Shown here in pieces: positions 41,438 to 49,102 of a DNA stretch of 64,000 bases (its first letter is position 1; every line of letters begins with the position of its first letter). Made by a program: the position numbers and the translations under genes. The notes under the pieces were generated by a model. That model ran no database searches and had not been told where the DNA came from. It saw nothing but the letters and a program-made list of their open reading frames with translations. Origin of the DNA: Myxococcota bacterium (GTDB lineage: Bacteria > Myxococcota_A > SURF-8); NCBI GenBank assembly GCA_963674735.2, contig CAXXQS010000001.1:1909370-1973369 (forward strand). The letters run 5' to 3'.

Positions 41438-41725
41438 ATGACCAAAGCCGACTTGATCGAAAACGTGTATCAAAAAATCGGATTCTCGAAAAAGGAGTCT
41501 GCCGAAATCGTTGAGATGGTTTTCGATATCATCAAAGAAACCTTGGAAAAGGGTGAAAAGATCAAGATTTCCGGCTTCGGCAATTTCGTCGTACGGGAAA
41601 AGAAGTCTCGCATCGGGCGCAATCCCCAGACGGGTGAAGAGATCGAAATCTCATCTCGTCGCGTGTTGACTTTCAAGCCGAGCCAGGTACTGAAGAACCT
41701 GTTGAACGGTGGCATCGAGGTCTAA
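41438..41725 (+). CDS. ihfA: Integration host factor alpha / HU-family DNA-binding protein
   Basis: GGGAGG RBS. GFGNFVVREKKSRIGRNPQTGEEIEI beta-arm motif. Confidence 0.85.
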   Translation: MTKADLIENVYQKIGFSKKESAEIVEMVFDIIKETLEKGEKIKISGFGNFVVREKKSRIGRNPQTGEEIEISSRRVLTFKPSQVLKNLLNGGIEV

Positions 41726-41749
41726 CGACGAGTAAGGCGGGAGATCGGG

Positions 41750-42112
41750 TTGAACGTCGAGATCCCTGACAAGATCTATTTCAAGATCGGCGAAGTGAGT
41801 CGGATTGCTGACGTTAAACCGTATGTTTTACGGTATTGGGAAAGCGAGTTCCCGTCGATTAGGCCGACGAAGTCGAAGAGCAATCAGCGGCTTTATCAGC
41901 GCAAGGACATAGAAGCGATACTCGAAGTGAAGCACCTCCTCTATGAGAAGCGTTTCACAATCGACGGCGCGAGGTCTTACATAAGAAGTTCCAGTTCATC
42001 CAGCCCTACGGACGATTCCTCAGGCTTTAACGATTGGACTTTACTAAAAGAAGAATTACTTGGTATTCGGCTTAAGTTACAAGCCGTTCGGGATCTTTTA
42101 CAGAATAGTTAG
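41750..42112 (+). CDS. MerR-family transcriptional regulator
   Basis: N-terminal HTH YFKIGEVSRIADVKPYVLRYWESEF. TTG start. Confidence 0.75.
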   Translation: MNVEIPDKIYFKIGEVSRIADVKPYVLRYWESEFPSIRPTKSKSNQRLYQRKDIEAILEVKHLLYEKRFTIDGARSYIRSSSSSSPTDDSSGFNDWTLLKEELLGIRLKLQAVRDLLQNS

Positions 42113-42117
42113 CATAT

Positions 42118-42194
42118 CGGGGCGTAGCGCAGTCTGGTAGCGTACCTGAATGGGGTTCAGGTGGTCGCTGGTTCAAATCCAGTCGCCCCGACCA
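42118..42194 (+). tRNA. tRNA-Pro (anticodon GGG)
   Basis: Hand-folded cloverleaf: acceptor CGGGGCG/CGCCCCG, anticodon arm CCTGA-ATGGGGT-TCAGG (GGG, G37), T arm GCTGG-TTCAAAT-CCAGT, encoded CCA. Confidence 0.9.
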
Positions 42195-42202
42195 TATAAG
42201 TC

Positions 42203-42240
42203 AAGGCATCTCACTTAGTTGTGTGATGCCTTTTCTTTTT
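42203..42240 (+). terminator. Rho-independent terminator after tRNA-Pro
   Basis: AAGGCATC ... GATGCCTT perfect 8-bp stem followed by TTCTTTTT. Confidence 0.7.
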
Positions 42241-42332
42241 GGGATTGACCCTCCTGACCGAGAGCTACCAAGGAGCTACCATAGAAAATCGCAAACCATG
42301 CACGAAAATGAACGATGCAGTTCTAATTGCTG

Positions 42333-43232
42333 TCAGTGCTGAGACTCACATAGGGGCTCTGCTACCTCGATACTTGGGAAGTCCGAGAGTATTTGATCAA
42401 CGCGGGATTGAAGATTGGCAATGAGTTTTCTTATCGTGGGCGTACCTAAGAGAGATTCAACGTCTTCGCGATTACAGCCACCGTACTCCGCCATGATCCA
42501 GACAAACTCCACTGTGTAGTCTGCATTCATCTTGAGAAGTGACCGTCGTGCGGAGTTGATTTCTTTCCGATCAGCCGGTAGCCATTTCACACCTTGTCTG
42601 GCCAGGATATGGATTACCTTTAGCAGGCACCGTGAATCTGAAGTGTCAATATCGTGGACCTTATTTCGACCATACAGATCGATGCTCCGGGTCCATTCTA
42701 AGCCAATAAGACAGGACTGCATCAGGGAGGCACCTCCGTCGGGCATATCCGCAAACTGATACCCCTTCTCGATCAACTCCATGAGGAATTGGGCATTCCC
42801 TGCAAAGCAAGCTTCCCGTAGTATTACTTCGGCGATCGGATGGTCTGGCGGAACGTTAACTTGCTTGAGCTTGAAAATATCGAATCTTCGGCACTCCGCT
42901 GCCCATTCTAAGGCAGACATGTCTCCATCTGGATCGGGTTCATCATCTGGTGATACAGGCCCCCTGGTGTACGGATCTGCTCCTGCCCACAACATGAGCG
43001 ATACCCATTTCATATTGCCTTCAAAACAATGGTGTCGTAACGCGTTGTTCATTTGCTCCTGGAAGTTGGGGAATTGATGTCCGTAACGCTTGATCACACC
43101 AAGGGTAGTTCGGATTCTCCAGCATGCTTTGCTCCCCGTTGCATGGACCACCTGAAGAGTTAGAATCCGGGTTGAGAATGAGCCATGCGGCTCGACCGTT
43201 TGGATCGTAGCACAAGTTTCCCTTCCAATCAC
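42333..43232 (-). pseudogene. Degenerate ankyrin-like repeat gene, probably frameshifted and 5'-truncated
   Basis: ALRHHCFEGNMKWVSLMLWAGADPY-type ANK-like units. The only start for the long ORF is a GTG. A second frame (ORF 43021-43290) reads protein-like sequence (DWKGNLCYDPNGRAAWLILNPD) running up to the IS boundary. Confidence 0.3.
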
Positions 43233-43397
43233 CTTTTTCGTGATACACTTGTCGTACCCGTCCGGAGGATCGGGCTCTGCGGGAGCGCAACCCGAGCGCC
43301 GGGCGGGTGCTTATACCGATGGGCGCTGCCTTATGGCGGCGTCCTTCATATTTTCGCTTTCATCATCCTCGTTTCCCTAAGGCCCATCGGATAAGCC

Positions 43398-44237
43398 TTA
43401 AAGCGCTAAACTCCGGGGGTTCGGGGGCAGCGCCCCCGAGAAGAAACGCTGCCGCTCCTCTTGCGGCGTCCGATACTCCAGACTACTGTGTGGACGATAC
43501 GTGTTGTATTTCCTACGCCACATTTCCGTCTTTACCTGCGCTTCCCTAAGCGTCAGGAATATCTCCATGTTCAAATGCTCGTCGCGCACCTTCGAGTTGA
43601 AACTCTCGATGAAACCGTTCTGCCAGGGACTGCCCGCGTCGATGTGCAGCGTGTCCGTGCCGCGCTTATTGAGCCACGTCTTGAGTTTCTCGGCAATGAA
43701 TTCCGGGCCATTATCACTGCGGATAAAGGCCGGATTGCCGTACTGATTGAAGAGGCCATCGAGTATGCATATTAAGTCATCCGACTTGATGCCACGGTCC
43801 ACATGGATCGCCAGGCCTTCCCGCGTGTACTCGTCCTCCACCGTCAACAGCTTGATCCGCCTGCCGTTGCTGAGCGAATCGAACATGAAATCGTAAGTCC
43901 ATACGTGGTTCGGGCACTCAGCCTTGACCGGCAGGCCCGCCGACTTCGTTTTCTTTTTCTTGCGCGGTTTGCGTCTTGGCAGGCAAAGCTCCATCTCCCG
44001 CCAGACGCGGTACACCCGTTTCAAATTGACGATGTCATCCCGGACGATCACGCCCCAGGCCCGGCGATAGCCGAAACGCGGCTCGTCTTCTGCAATCGCT
44101 TTCAGTCGGGCCGCCAAGGCTGAATCATCACGCGGATGGGCCTTGTAGTAGTACGTGGATCGTCGCAGTTTCACCAACGCGGACAGACCACGCGAGGCCG
44201 CGTGATCCACCGCACACCGACGCTGCGCCGCCTTCAC
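43398..44237 (-). CDS. IS3-family transposase OrfB (DDE integrase core)
   Basis: HVWTYDFMF, LTVEDEYTRE, IRSDNGPEF, SPWQNGFIESFN, YNTYRPHSSL motifs. Expressed in the -1 frame relative to orfA. Confidence 0.9.
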   Translation of the reverse strand: MKAAQRRCAVDHAASRGLSALVKLRRSTYYYKAHPRDDSALAARLKAIAEDEPRFGYRRAWGVIVRDDIVNLKRVYRVWREMELCLPRRKPRKKKKTKSAGLPVKAECPNHVWTYDFMFDSLSNGRRIKLLTVEDEYTREGLAIHVDRGIKSDDLICILDGLFNQYGNPAFIRSDNGPEFIAEKLKTWLNKRGTDTLHIDAGSPWQNGFIESFNSKVRDEHLNMEIFLTLREAQVKTEMWRRKYNTYRPHSSLEYRTPQEERQRFFSGALPPNPRSLAL

Positions 44238-44503
44238 CAGTTTTTTTCCAACAACTCCTTGGCCACGTCGAGTTCCAGATCCCGCTCGGCCAACAGCCGT
44301 TTCAAGCGGGCGTTCTCTTTTTCAAGATCTTTAAGCCGCTTTGTCTCCGAAACCGACAGGCCCCCGAATTTTTTGCGCCAGCGATAGAACGACTGCTCCG
44401 ACACCCCGTGCTTGCGGCAGATCTCCTGCACCGTCGAGGTCTTGCACTCCGCTTCCTTCAAAATCGTCACGATCTGCTCGTCCGAAAACCGCTTTCCTTT
44501 CAT
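44234..44503 (-). CDS. IS3-family transposase OrfA (HTH)
   Basis: MKGKRFSDEQIVTILKEAE...SEQSFYRWRKKFGG...LKDLEKENARLKRLLAE leucine-zipper region. Confidence 0.9.
   Translation of the reverse strand: MKGKRFSDEQIVTILKEAECKTSTVQEICRKHGVSEQSFYRWRKKFGGLSVSETKRLKDLEKENARLKRLLAERDLELDVAKELLEKNW
44241..44247 (-). promoter_or_regulatory. -1 programmed frameshift heptamer A AAA AAC of IS element 1
   Basis: T7 on the plus strand equals GAA AAA AAC TGG TGA in the orfA frame. A -1 slip reads AAA AAA CTG GTG AAG GCG, which is ...KKLVKAAQRR, the start of orfB. Confidence 0.8.
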
Positions 44504-44615
44504 CAGAATCCCTCCTTGAATCATCGGAGGATTCTAACACATCAGCGGTCCAGCTTTTGGGGGGCAAGGCAGCATGTTAGAATTCAGCTGAATTTCCTAG
44601 AAAGGAGTCGCGGTT

Positions 44616-44891
44616 ATGGCGAAGCGAAGGAGTGTTGAAAACATCATCGGTCAGTTGCGCAAGGTCGAAGTTTTGCAATCCCAGGGGCAAACGATTGCGC
44701 AGTCTGTCAAGGCAATTGGCGTAACAGAGCAAACCTACTACCGTTGGCGCAAAGAGTATGGCCGTTTGAATCTGGACCAGGCCAAACGTCTGCGCGAGCT
44801 TGAGGATGAAAACGCCCGTCTGAAGAAGCTGGTGGCCGATCTGTCCCTGGACAAGGCGATCCTGAAGGAAGTTGCCGAGGGAAAGTTCTGA
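44616..44891 (+). CDS. IS3-family transposase OrfA
   Basis: [18 protein letters not shown] and [22 protein letters not shown] zipper. Confidence 0.9.
   Translation: MAKRRSVENIIGQLRKVEVLQSQGQTIAQSVKAIGVTEQTYYRWRKEYGRLNLDQAKRLRELEDENARLKKLVADLSLDKAILKEVAEGKF
44879..44885 (+). promoter_or_regulatory. -1 programmed frameshift heptamer G GGA AAG of IS element 2
   Basis: GAG GGA AAG TTC TGA in the orfA frame. A -1 slip reads GGG AAA GTT CTG AGC CCT ... and enters the orfB frame (..[16 protein letters not shown]). Confidence 0.75.
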
Positions 44892-44914
44892 GCCCTGCGA
44901 AGCGGCAAGCGGCG

Positions 44915-45775
44915 GTGAGGCATGTGATGGCGATCCAGCATGTTTCCGAGCGTCGGGCTTGTTGCGTCCTGGGCCAGCCCCGTTCGACCCAACGTCGCGT
45001 TCGAATTTCTCGCTCGGACGAAGCTCTGCTGACCCAAGCTATTGTCAAATTGGCAAGCCGTTACGGACGCTACGGATATCGTCGGATCACTGCGCTCTTA
45101 CGCGCAGACGGCTGGCGTGTCAACCACAAGCGGGTGGCTCGGATCTGGCGTGAGCAGGGATTGAAAGTACCGAAGAAGCAGCCGAAGCGCGGGAGATTGT
45201 GGCTGAATGATGGGAGTTGTATTCGACTGCGGTCACTCTTTACTGATCATGTTTGGAGCTATGATTTCGTGCAGGATCGCACACGCGATGGGAGAGCTTT
45301 GCGAATTCTGTGCGTGATCGACGAGTACAGCCGGGAGTGTTTGGCACTGACGGTGAAACGGAATCTGAATTCTCAAGACGTGCTGCGAACTCTGGATGAT
45401 CTGTTTATCAGGCGTGGCATCCCGAAGCATATCCGCAGTGATAACGGGTCTGAGTTTACGGCGAAAGCAGTGCGTGACTGGCTGAAGATGCTTGCAGTGA
45501 AGCCACTCTACATCGAGCCGGGCAGTCCGTGGGAGAATGGTTACGTTGAAAGTTTCAATGGGAAACTTAGGGATGAATTGCTGAATCGAGAGTTGTTTGA
45601 TAGTTTGAAGGAGGCTCAGGTTCTGATCGAAAGTTGGCGGCAACATTACAATACGGTGCGTCCGCACAGTGCGTTGGGCTACAAGCCACCAGCACCGGAG
45701 TCGATTTTACCGCCGATTGCCGTCGGAGAATTCCAAGGTCTCCAAAGTCAATCGGCTGGTTATCGTCTAACATGA
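44915..45775 (+). CDS. IS3-family transposase OrfB (DDE integrase core)
   Basis: [50 protein letters not shown] motifs. Confidence 0.9.
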   Translation: MRHVMAIQHVSERRACCVLGQPRSTQRRVRISRSDEALLTQAIVKLASRYGRYGYRRITALLRADGWRVNHKRVARIWREQGLKVPKKQPKRGRLWLNDGSCIRLRSLFTDHVWSYDFVQDRTRDGRALRILCVIDEYSRECLALTVKRNLNSQDVLRTLDDLFIRRGIPKHIRSDNGSEFTAKAVRDWLKMLAVKPLYIEPGSPWENGYVESFNGKLRDELLNRELFDSLKEAQVLIESWRQHYNTVRPHSALGYKPPAPESILPPIAVGEFQGLQSQSAGYRLT

Positions 45776-45843
45776 AAACTGGAGTCAATATCGGGGTCAG
45801 GTCAGTACAACATGCTAATATTGGCTTCATGCCACTCAACGTG

Positions 45844-47700
45844 TCATATACCATCATTGATTGTTCTGACAAGCCGGAAGCCAACATGATTTGCTTTGTT
45901 CGCAGGTTGGCGATAACAACGTCTACCAAGTATGCAAGCTTCCGCTGAACTTCCCCAGAAACACCCCCGAAACGCGATGCCATAGTTTTCCGAGCCCTCT
46001 GAAAAATCAATTCCCGCAGGACTCGTCTCCGGATCATTTCCAGAATATAGATGGATATCAGGATTAAATTTGTCATAAACCCATTCTCTTGTGTTTCCGA
46101 GAATATCGTAAATACAATTTCCGTTAGGCTGTTTCAATGCAATTGGCTTCGTTCCACAATATATTCCCGAAGGTCCGCCCAGTATCGAACACTCCACGGC
46201 ATCTTCATACTCAACGTGAGAATTCATAAGATACCACGCGCTTAAATCAAGCACCGGGTCCAATACATCATCGTAAATCGTAATATTTCCGTTGTATGCA
46301 TAGGTCGTTGTGCCTGCTCGCGCAACATATTCCCATTCAGCCTCTGTGGGTAACCGGTAACCTTCACAATCGTAGGCGGAAGCAACCTGATTAAGCGTGA
46401 TTACTGCATTGGAAATGCCTCCGCGCGTAAGGCAATCCGCCTCGGCTTCCACCGTTTCGTCGTTTCCACACGTAATGGAATCAAATATGTAACACGGGGT
46501 AAGTCCTTCCTGCTGCGACAAATTGTTTGCGTAGTGTAGGGCATCGAAATAAGTTACGCTCTCGACCGGGCAAGTTGGGCCGCAAGCGGAGAACTCTGAA
46601 GGGTTGCTTCCCATCAGCGATTCATAATCTGCTTGCGTGACCTTTGTGTTCATTACATAAATATCGCGGCTTAGTGAAACTTGATGCGGAGTCGCCATCA
46701 TATCGAGGGAAAACCCCATCGTAAAGGAACCCGCTGAAATCGGCACAAAACGGCGCTCGACGACCGGTGGCGTACACGTCGATGTATCGAAAGCGGTGCA
46801 TTGATCGTTACAAGTCGCTATTTCATCTGCATAATCGGAACAGATATCGGAACACAGTATCGTGCTTGAATCACAAACTTCTTTATCTTCCAGAGTTTCA
46901 TTTCCACAAATATTTTTCAGACATCTCCCGTCCTCGCAACCCAACTCGCATTCCGTAACCTCGAAGTTGTGGCAATCATAATAATATTCGTAGATGCAAT
47001 TTTCCAAATTGTCTACGTTGCAACGATGCCAGCTTCCTATACATTCATTGTTGCAGGTAACACAATATGACACATCGGGACAGAAACCGTTTAAGCATTC
47101 GTGTTGCTTGACCCACGTCGTGCAGGTATCGCTTATACGCTCGCAGGTCCACATCGCCGCAAATTCCCAGTAATTACACTGTTCCTCACCGATTACGCTG
47201 CAAGGGTAGGGGCAATCCTCGCTCTCCTCTTCGGTGCTTTCATTTCCTTCGAAGCTATCGTCTTCCGTGTTGTTCTCGTTTTCATTGCTTTCAATGATTT
47301 CTAATTCTTCGTCGGCATCGAACACATCCTGCTCGACAATTTCGTTATCACCATCGCTTTCATTTTCATAATCACTATCTGAATCCAGGTCACCATCACT
47401 TACGCTCTCGCAATCACTATCGGAATCCATTCTATCGAAATCGGAATATTCATCCGATTCTTGATCGCCATCGGCAGGCAGATCACCGTCAATCGAATTG
47501 TCCTCATCGTCCGCTAACTCGCGATCCAAGTCGCCGTCTTCCGGCGTGGATGAATCATCCTCTGTAAGCTCATCAGCTTCACGATCGGACTCAATATCCA
47601 ACTTGAAATCACCATCGCGATCGCCGTCGAGCGTATCGTCATTCGATGAATTGCAGGAAATACAGAGCGCAGCCAACAAGGCGAGTAATAGAAGCTTCAT
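45844..47700 (-). CDS. Lipoprotein with acidic spacer, Cys-rich module and a C-terminal FGE-sulfatase (SUMF1/C-type-lectin-fold) domain. Operon gene 4
   Basis: GAGGTG RBS before the ATG at 47700. Lipobox ALCISC and a long D/E/S spacer. CGNETLEDKEVCD resembles a Myxococcus Cys-rich repeat. GYRLPTEAEWEYVARAG ... NHVGFRLV are FGE-family signatures. Confidence 0.75.
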   Translation of the reverse strand: MKLLLLALLAALCISCNSSNDDTLDGDRDGDFKLDIESDREADELTEDDSSTPEDGDLDRELADDEDNSIDGDLPADGDQESDEYSDFDRMDSDSDCESVSDGDLDSDSDYENESDGDNEIVEQDVFDADEELEIIESNENENNTEDDSFEGNESTEEESEDCPYPCSVIGEEQCNYWEFAAMWTCERISDTCTTWVKQHECLNGFCPDVSYCVTCNNECIGSWHRCNVDNLENCIYEYYYDCHNFEVTECELGCEDGRCLKNICGNETLEDKEVCDSSTILCSDICSDYADEIATCNDQCTAFDTSTCTPPVVERRFVPISAGSFTMGFSLDMMATPHQVSLSRDIYVMNTKVTQADYESLMGSNPSEFSACGPTCPVESVTYFDALHYANNLSQQEGLTPCYIFDSITCGNDETVEAEADCLTRGGISNAVITLNQVASAYDCEGYRLPTEAEWEYVARAGTTTYAYNGNITIYDDVLDPVLDLSAWYLMNSHVEYEDAVECSILGGPSGIYCGTKPIALKQPNGNCIYDILGNTREWVYDKFNPDIHLYSGNDPETSPAGIDFSEGSENYGIAFRGCFWGSSAEACILGRRCYRQPANKANHVGFRLVRTINDGI

Positions 47701-47767
47701 GCTCGTCCACCTCATGAAGGGAAATGAATTATCCCCAATATTCGATCACTACAGGAATAAAGTTTCC

Positions 47768-49102
47768 TTATTGGGTCCATTCATCGAGCGGCCCGGCGAT
47801 CCCGCGAATGGAATAATCGTAGGGCGATAGCCACATTACATCGCCGTCGTCGGTAACAAGCCAGTGCTGCGTCGAGCCGAGAATCGCATCGGAGGCTGGT
47901 GTGCCATTCGGCGCGAAACCATAAAGATTGGACTGCATGGGCACACCTGCGACCCGCTGGAGACCACCACGCTCGGCATCAATAATGAAAAGAGCGGAGT
48001 GAGTGCCCGAGAGGACGTAGGTAATTCCGTTATAGGAAATAATGCTTTTATTGCTTATACAACAATCTAAAGAAAATGGCAGCCATGCCGCTTCGCACTC
48101 AGGATATTCAACCCAATGCTTGCACACCTCCAGTTCGGGCTCCAGGTGCGTTTCCAACAACCAATCTCCATTTTCGTTCGTATCTATTGAAACAAGCCGA
48201 CCAATAAACTCTGCCCAGCCCCGCCGATTTAGGATAGGAAAAAGGAATCCTCCATAATTTGAGTATTCCGGTTTATTGATTCCTCCACACGCCGAATAGT
48301 AGGTGCCGTCAGGATCACAATATGACCGAATCAGCTCCATGTAATTGTTCTGAATCGACACTCTATAAAATCCACTTTCCTTGCGCATTACAATACTTTC
48401 TTCAGTTTCTTCTTTCATACGACCAATAATATCAATTTCAGACCAGTTCGCGATTGAAAGAAAATGAAAATGAGATTCTTTCTCGGTTAAATCATAAGCT
48501 AATATCCCTGATGCGACATAATCAGGATTCTCGTATAGCCATCCGTCTTTATAGAATGATAAATATAATCTATCATCAATAATAACACTATCAATGACTT
48601 CGGGCGGAGTTGTCTGCGGCTCCCATCCTTGTTCGGAAATCTCCGGCAACTTGATGTAATCCAAAATCTCGGACGTCTCTTCCGTCAGCGAATACAAGAC
48701 GAAATCCCAGTCCTTGTTGTAACTGATTTTAGTGGGATCAATTGCTAGAATTCGCTTGTTGGCTTCGTCCCAAACAATCGGAAAATTCATGCCGGTTGTC
48801 GGGATTTGCGGGTAATAATCGCGCGGGAAAAAGCCCCAGGTGAAGGTCTGCCCCGTCTCAACTTCATCACGCCAGAGAGTTTTTGGATACTCCACATCCG
48901 CGGGATTTTCCGGGCGGGGTCGCGCTTCTGCCTCTTGTTCCTCTTCCACCTCGATATCGCTGTCGCCATCGATTTCGAGGTCTTCATCCCCGCCGCTCAA
49001 CTCACCGCCACCGCAACCGACGACCAGCACTAGGCACAAATATACAATTACTGCCCATCCGCATCCGCGGTTTCGACACTTCCGGCTACGCTTCTTGCTC
49101 AT
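47768..49102 (-). CDS. Lipoprotein with acidic spacer, beta-rich, unknown function. Operon gene 3
   Basis: ATGA start/stop overlap with the upstream giant gene. Lipobox LVVGCGGG, then GGDEDLEIDGDSDIEVEEEQE. Confidence 0.65.
   Translation of the reverse strand: MSKKRSRKCRNRGCGWAVIVYLCLVLVVGCGGGELSGGDEDLEIDGDSDIEVEEEQEAEARPRPENPADVEYPKTLWRDEVETGQTFTWGFFPRDYYPQIPTTGMNFPIVWDEANKRILAIDPTKISYNKDWDFVLYSLTEETSEILDYIKLPEISEQGWEPQTTPPEVIDSVIIDDRLYLSFYKDGWLYENPDYVASGILAYDLTEKESHFHFLSIANWSEIDIIGRMKEETEESIVMRKESGFYRVSIQNNYMELIRSYCDPDGTYYSACGGINKPEYSNYGGFLFPILNRRGWAEFIGRLVSIDTNENGDWLLETHLEPELEVCKHWVEYPECEAAWLPFSLDCCISNKSIISYNGITYVLSGTHSALFIIDAERGGLQRVAGVPMQSNLYGFAPNGTPASDAILGSTQHWLVTDDGDVMWLSPYDYSIRGIAGPLDEWTQ

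Larger units (their letters stand above)
43398..44572 (-). mobile_element. IS3-family element (IS407-like terminus). Outer end at 44572 is defined; the other end is unresolved (43330-43400)
   Basis: orfA/orfB pair with an A7 slippery run. The terminal sequence on the minus strand, TGCCTTGCCCCCCAAAAGC, resembles the IS407-group TGACCTGCCCCC termini. Confidence 0.75.
44573..45804 (+). mobile_element. Second IS3-family (IS407-group-like) element, left end apparently truncated by about 30 bp
   Basis: The right terminus reads (reverse complement) TGACCTGACCCCGATATTGACTCCAGTTTTCATGTTAGA. The left side begins directly at CATGTTAGA (44574), abutting the terminus of IS element 1. Confidence 0.7.

Noticed and set aside
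43330-43400. Exact distal terminus (IRR) of IS element 1
   Set aside because: Candidate matches (TGCCTT at 43327, AGCCTTAAAGC at 43392) align with the defined terminus over only 6-10 nt. The boundary is left unresolved rather than asserted.
45844-46100. Diversity-generating retroelement (DGR) target: the FGE/C-type-lectin fold at the C-terminus of gene 4 is the classic DGR variable-protein scaffold
   Set aside because: There is no reverse transcriptase gene, no Avd-like gene and no second copy (template repeat) of the 3'-terminal region of about 120 nt that I could find in the window. The C-terminal codons are not Asn/AAY-rich. IS insertion 40 bp downstream could have removed a cassette, but nothing here supports that.
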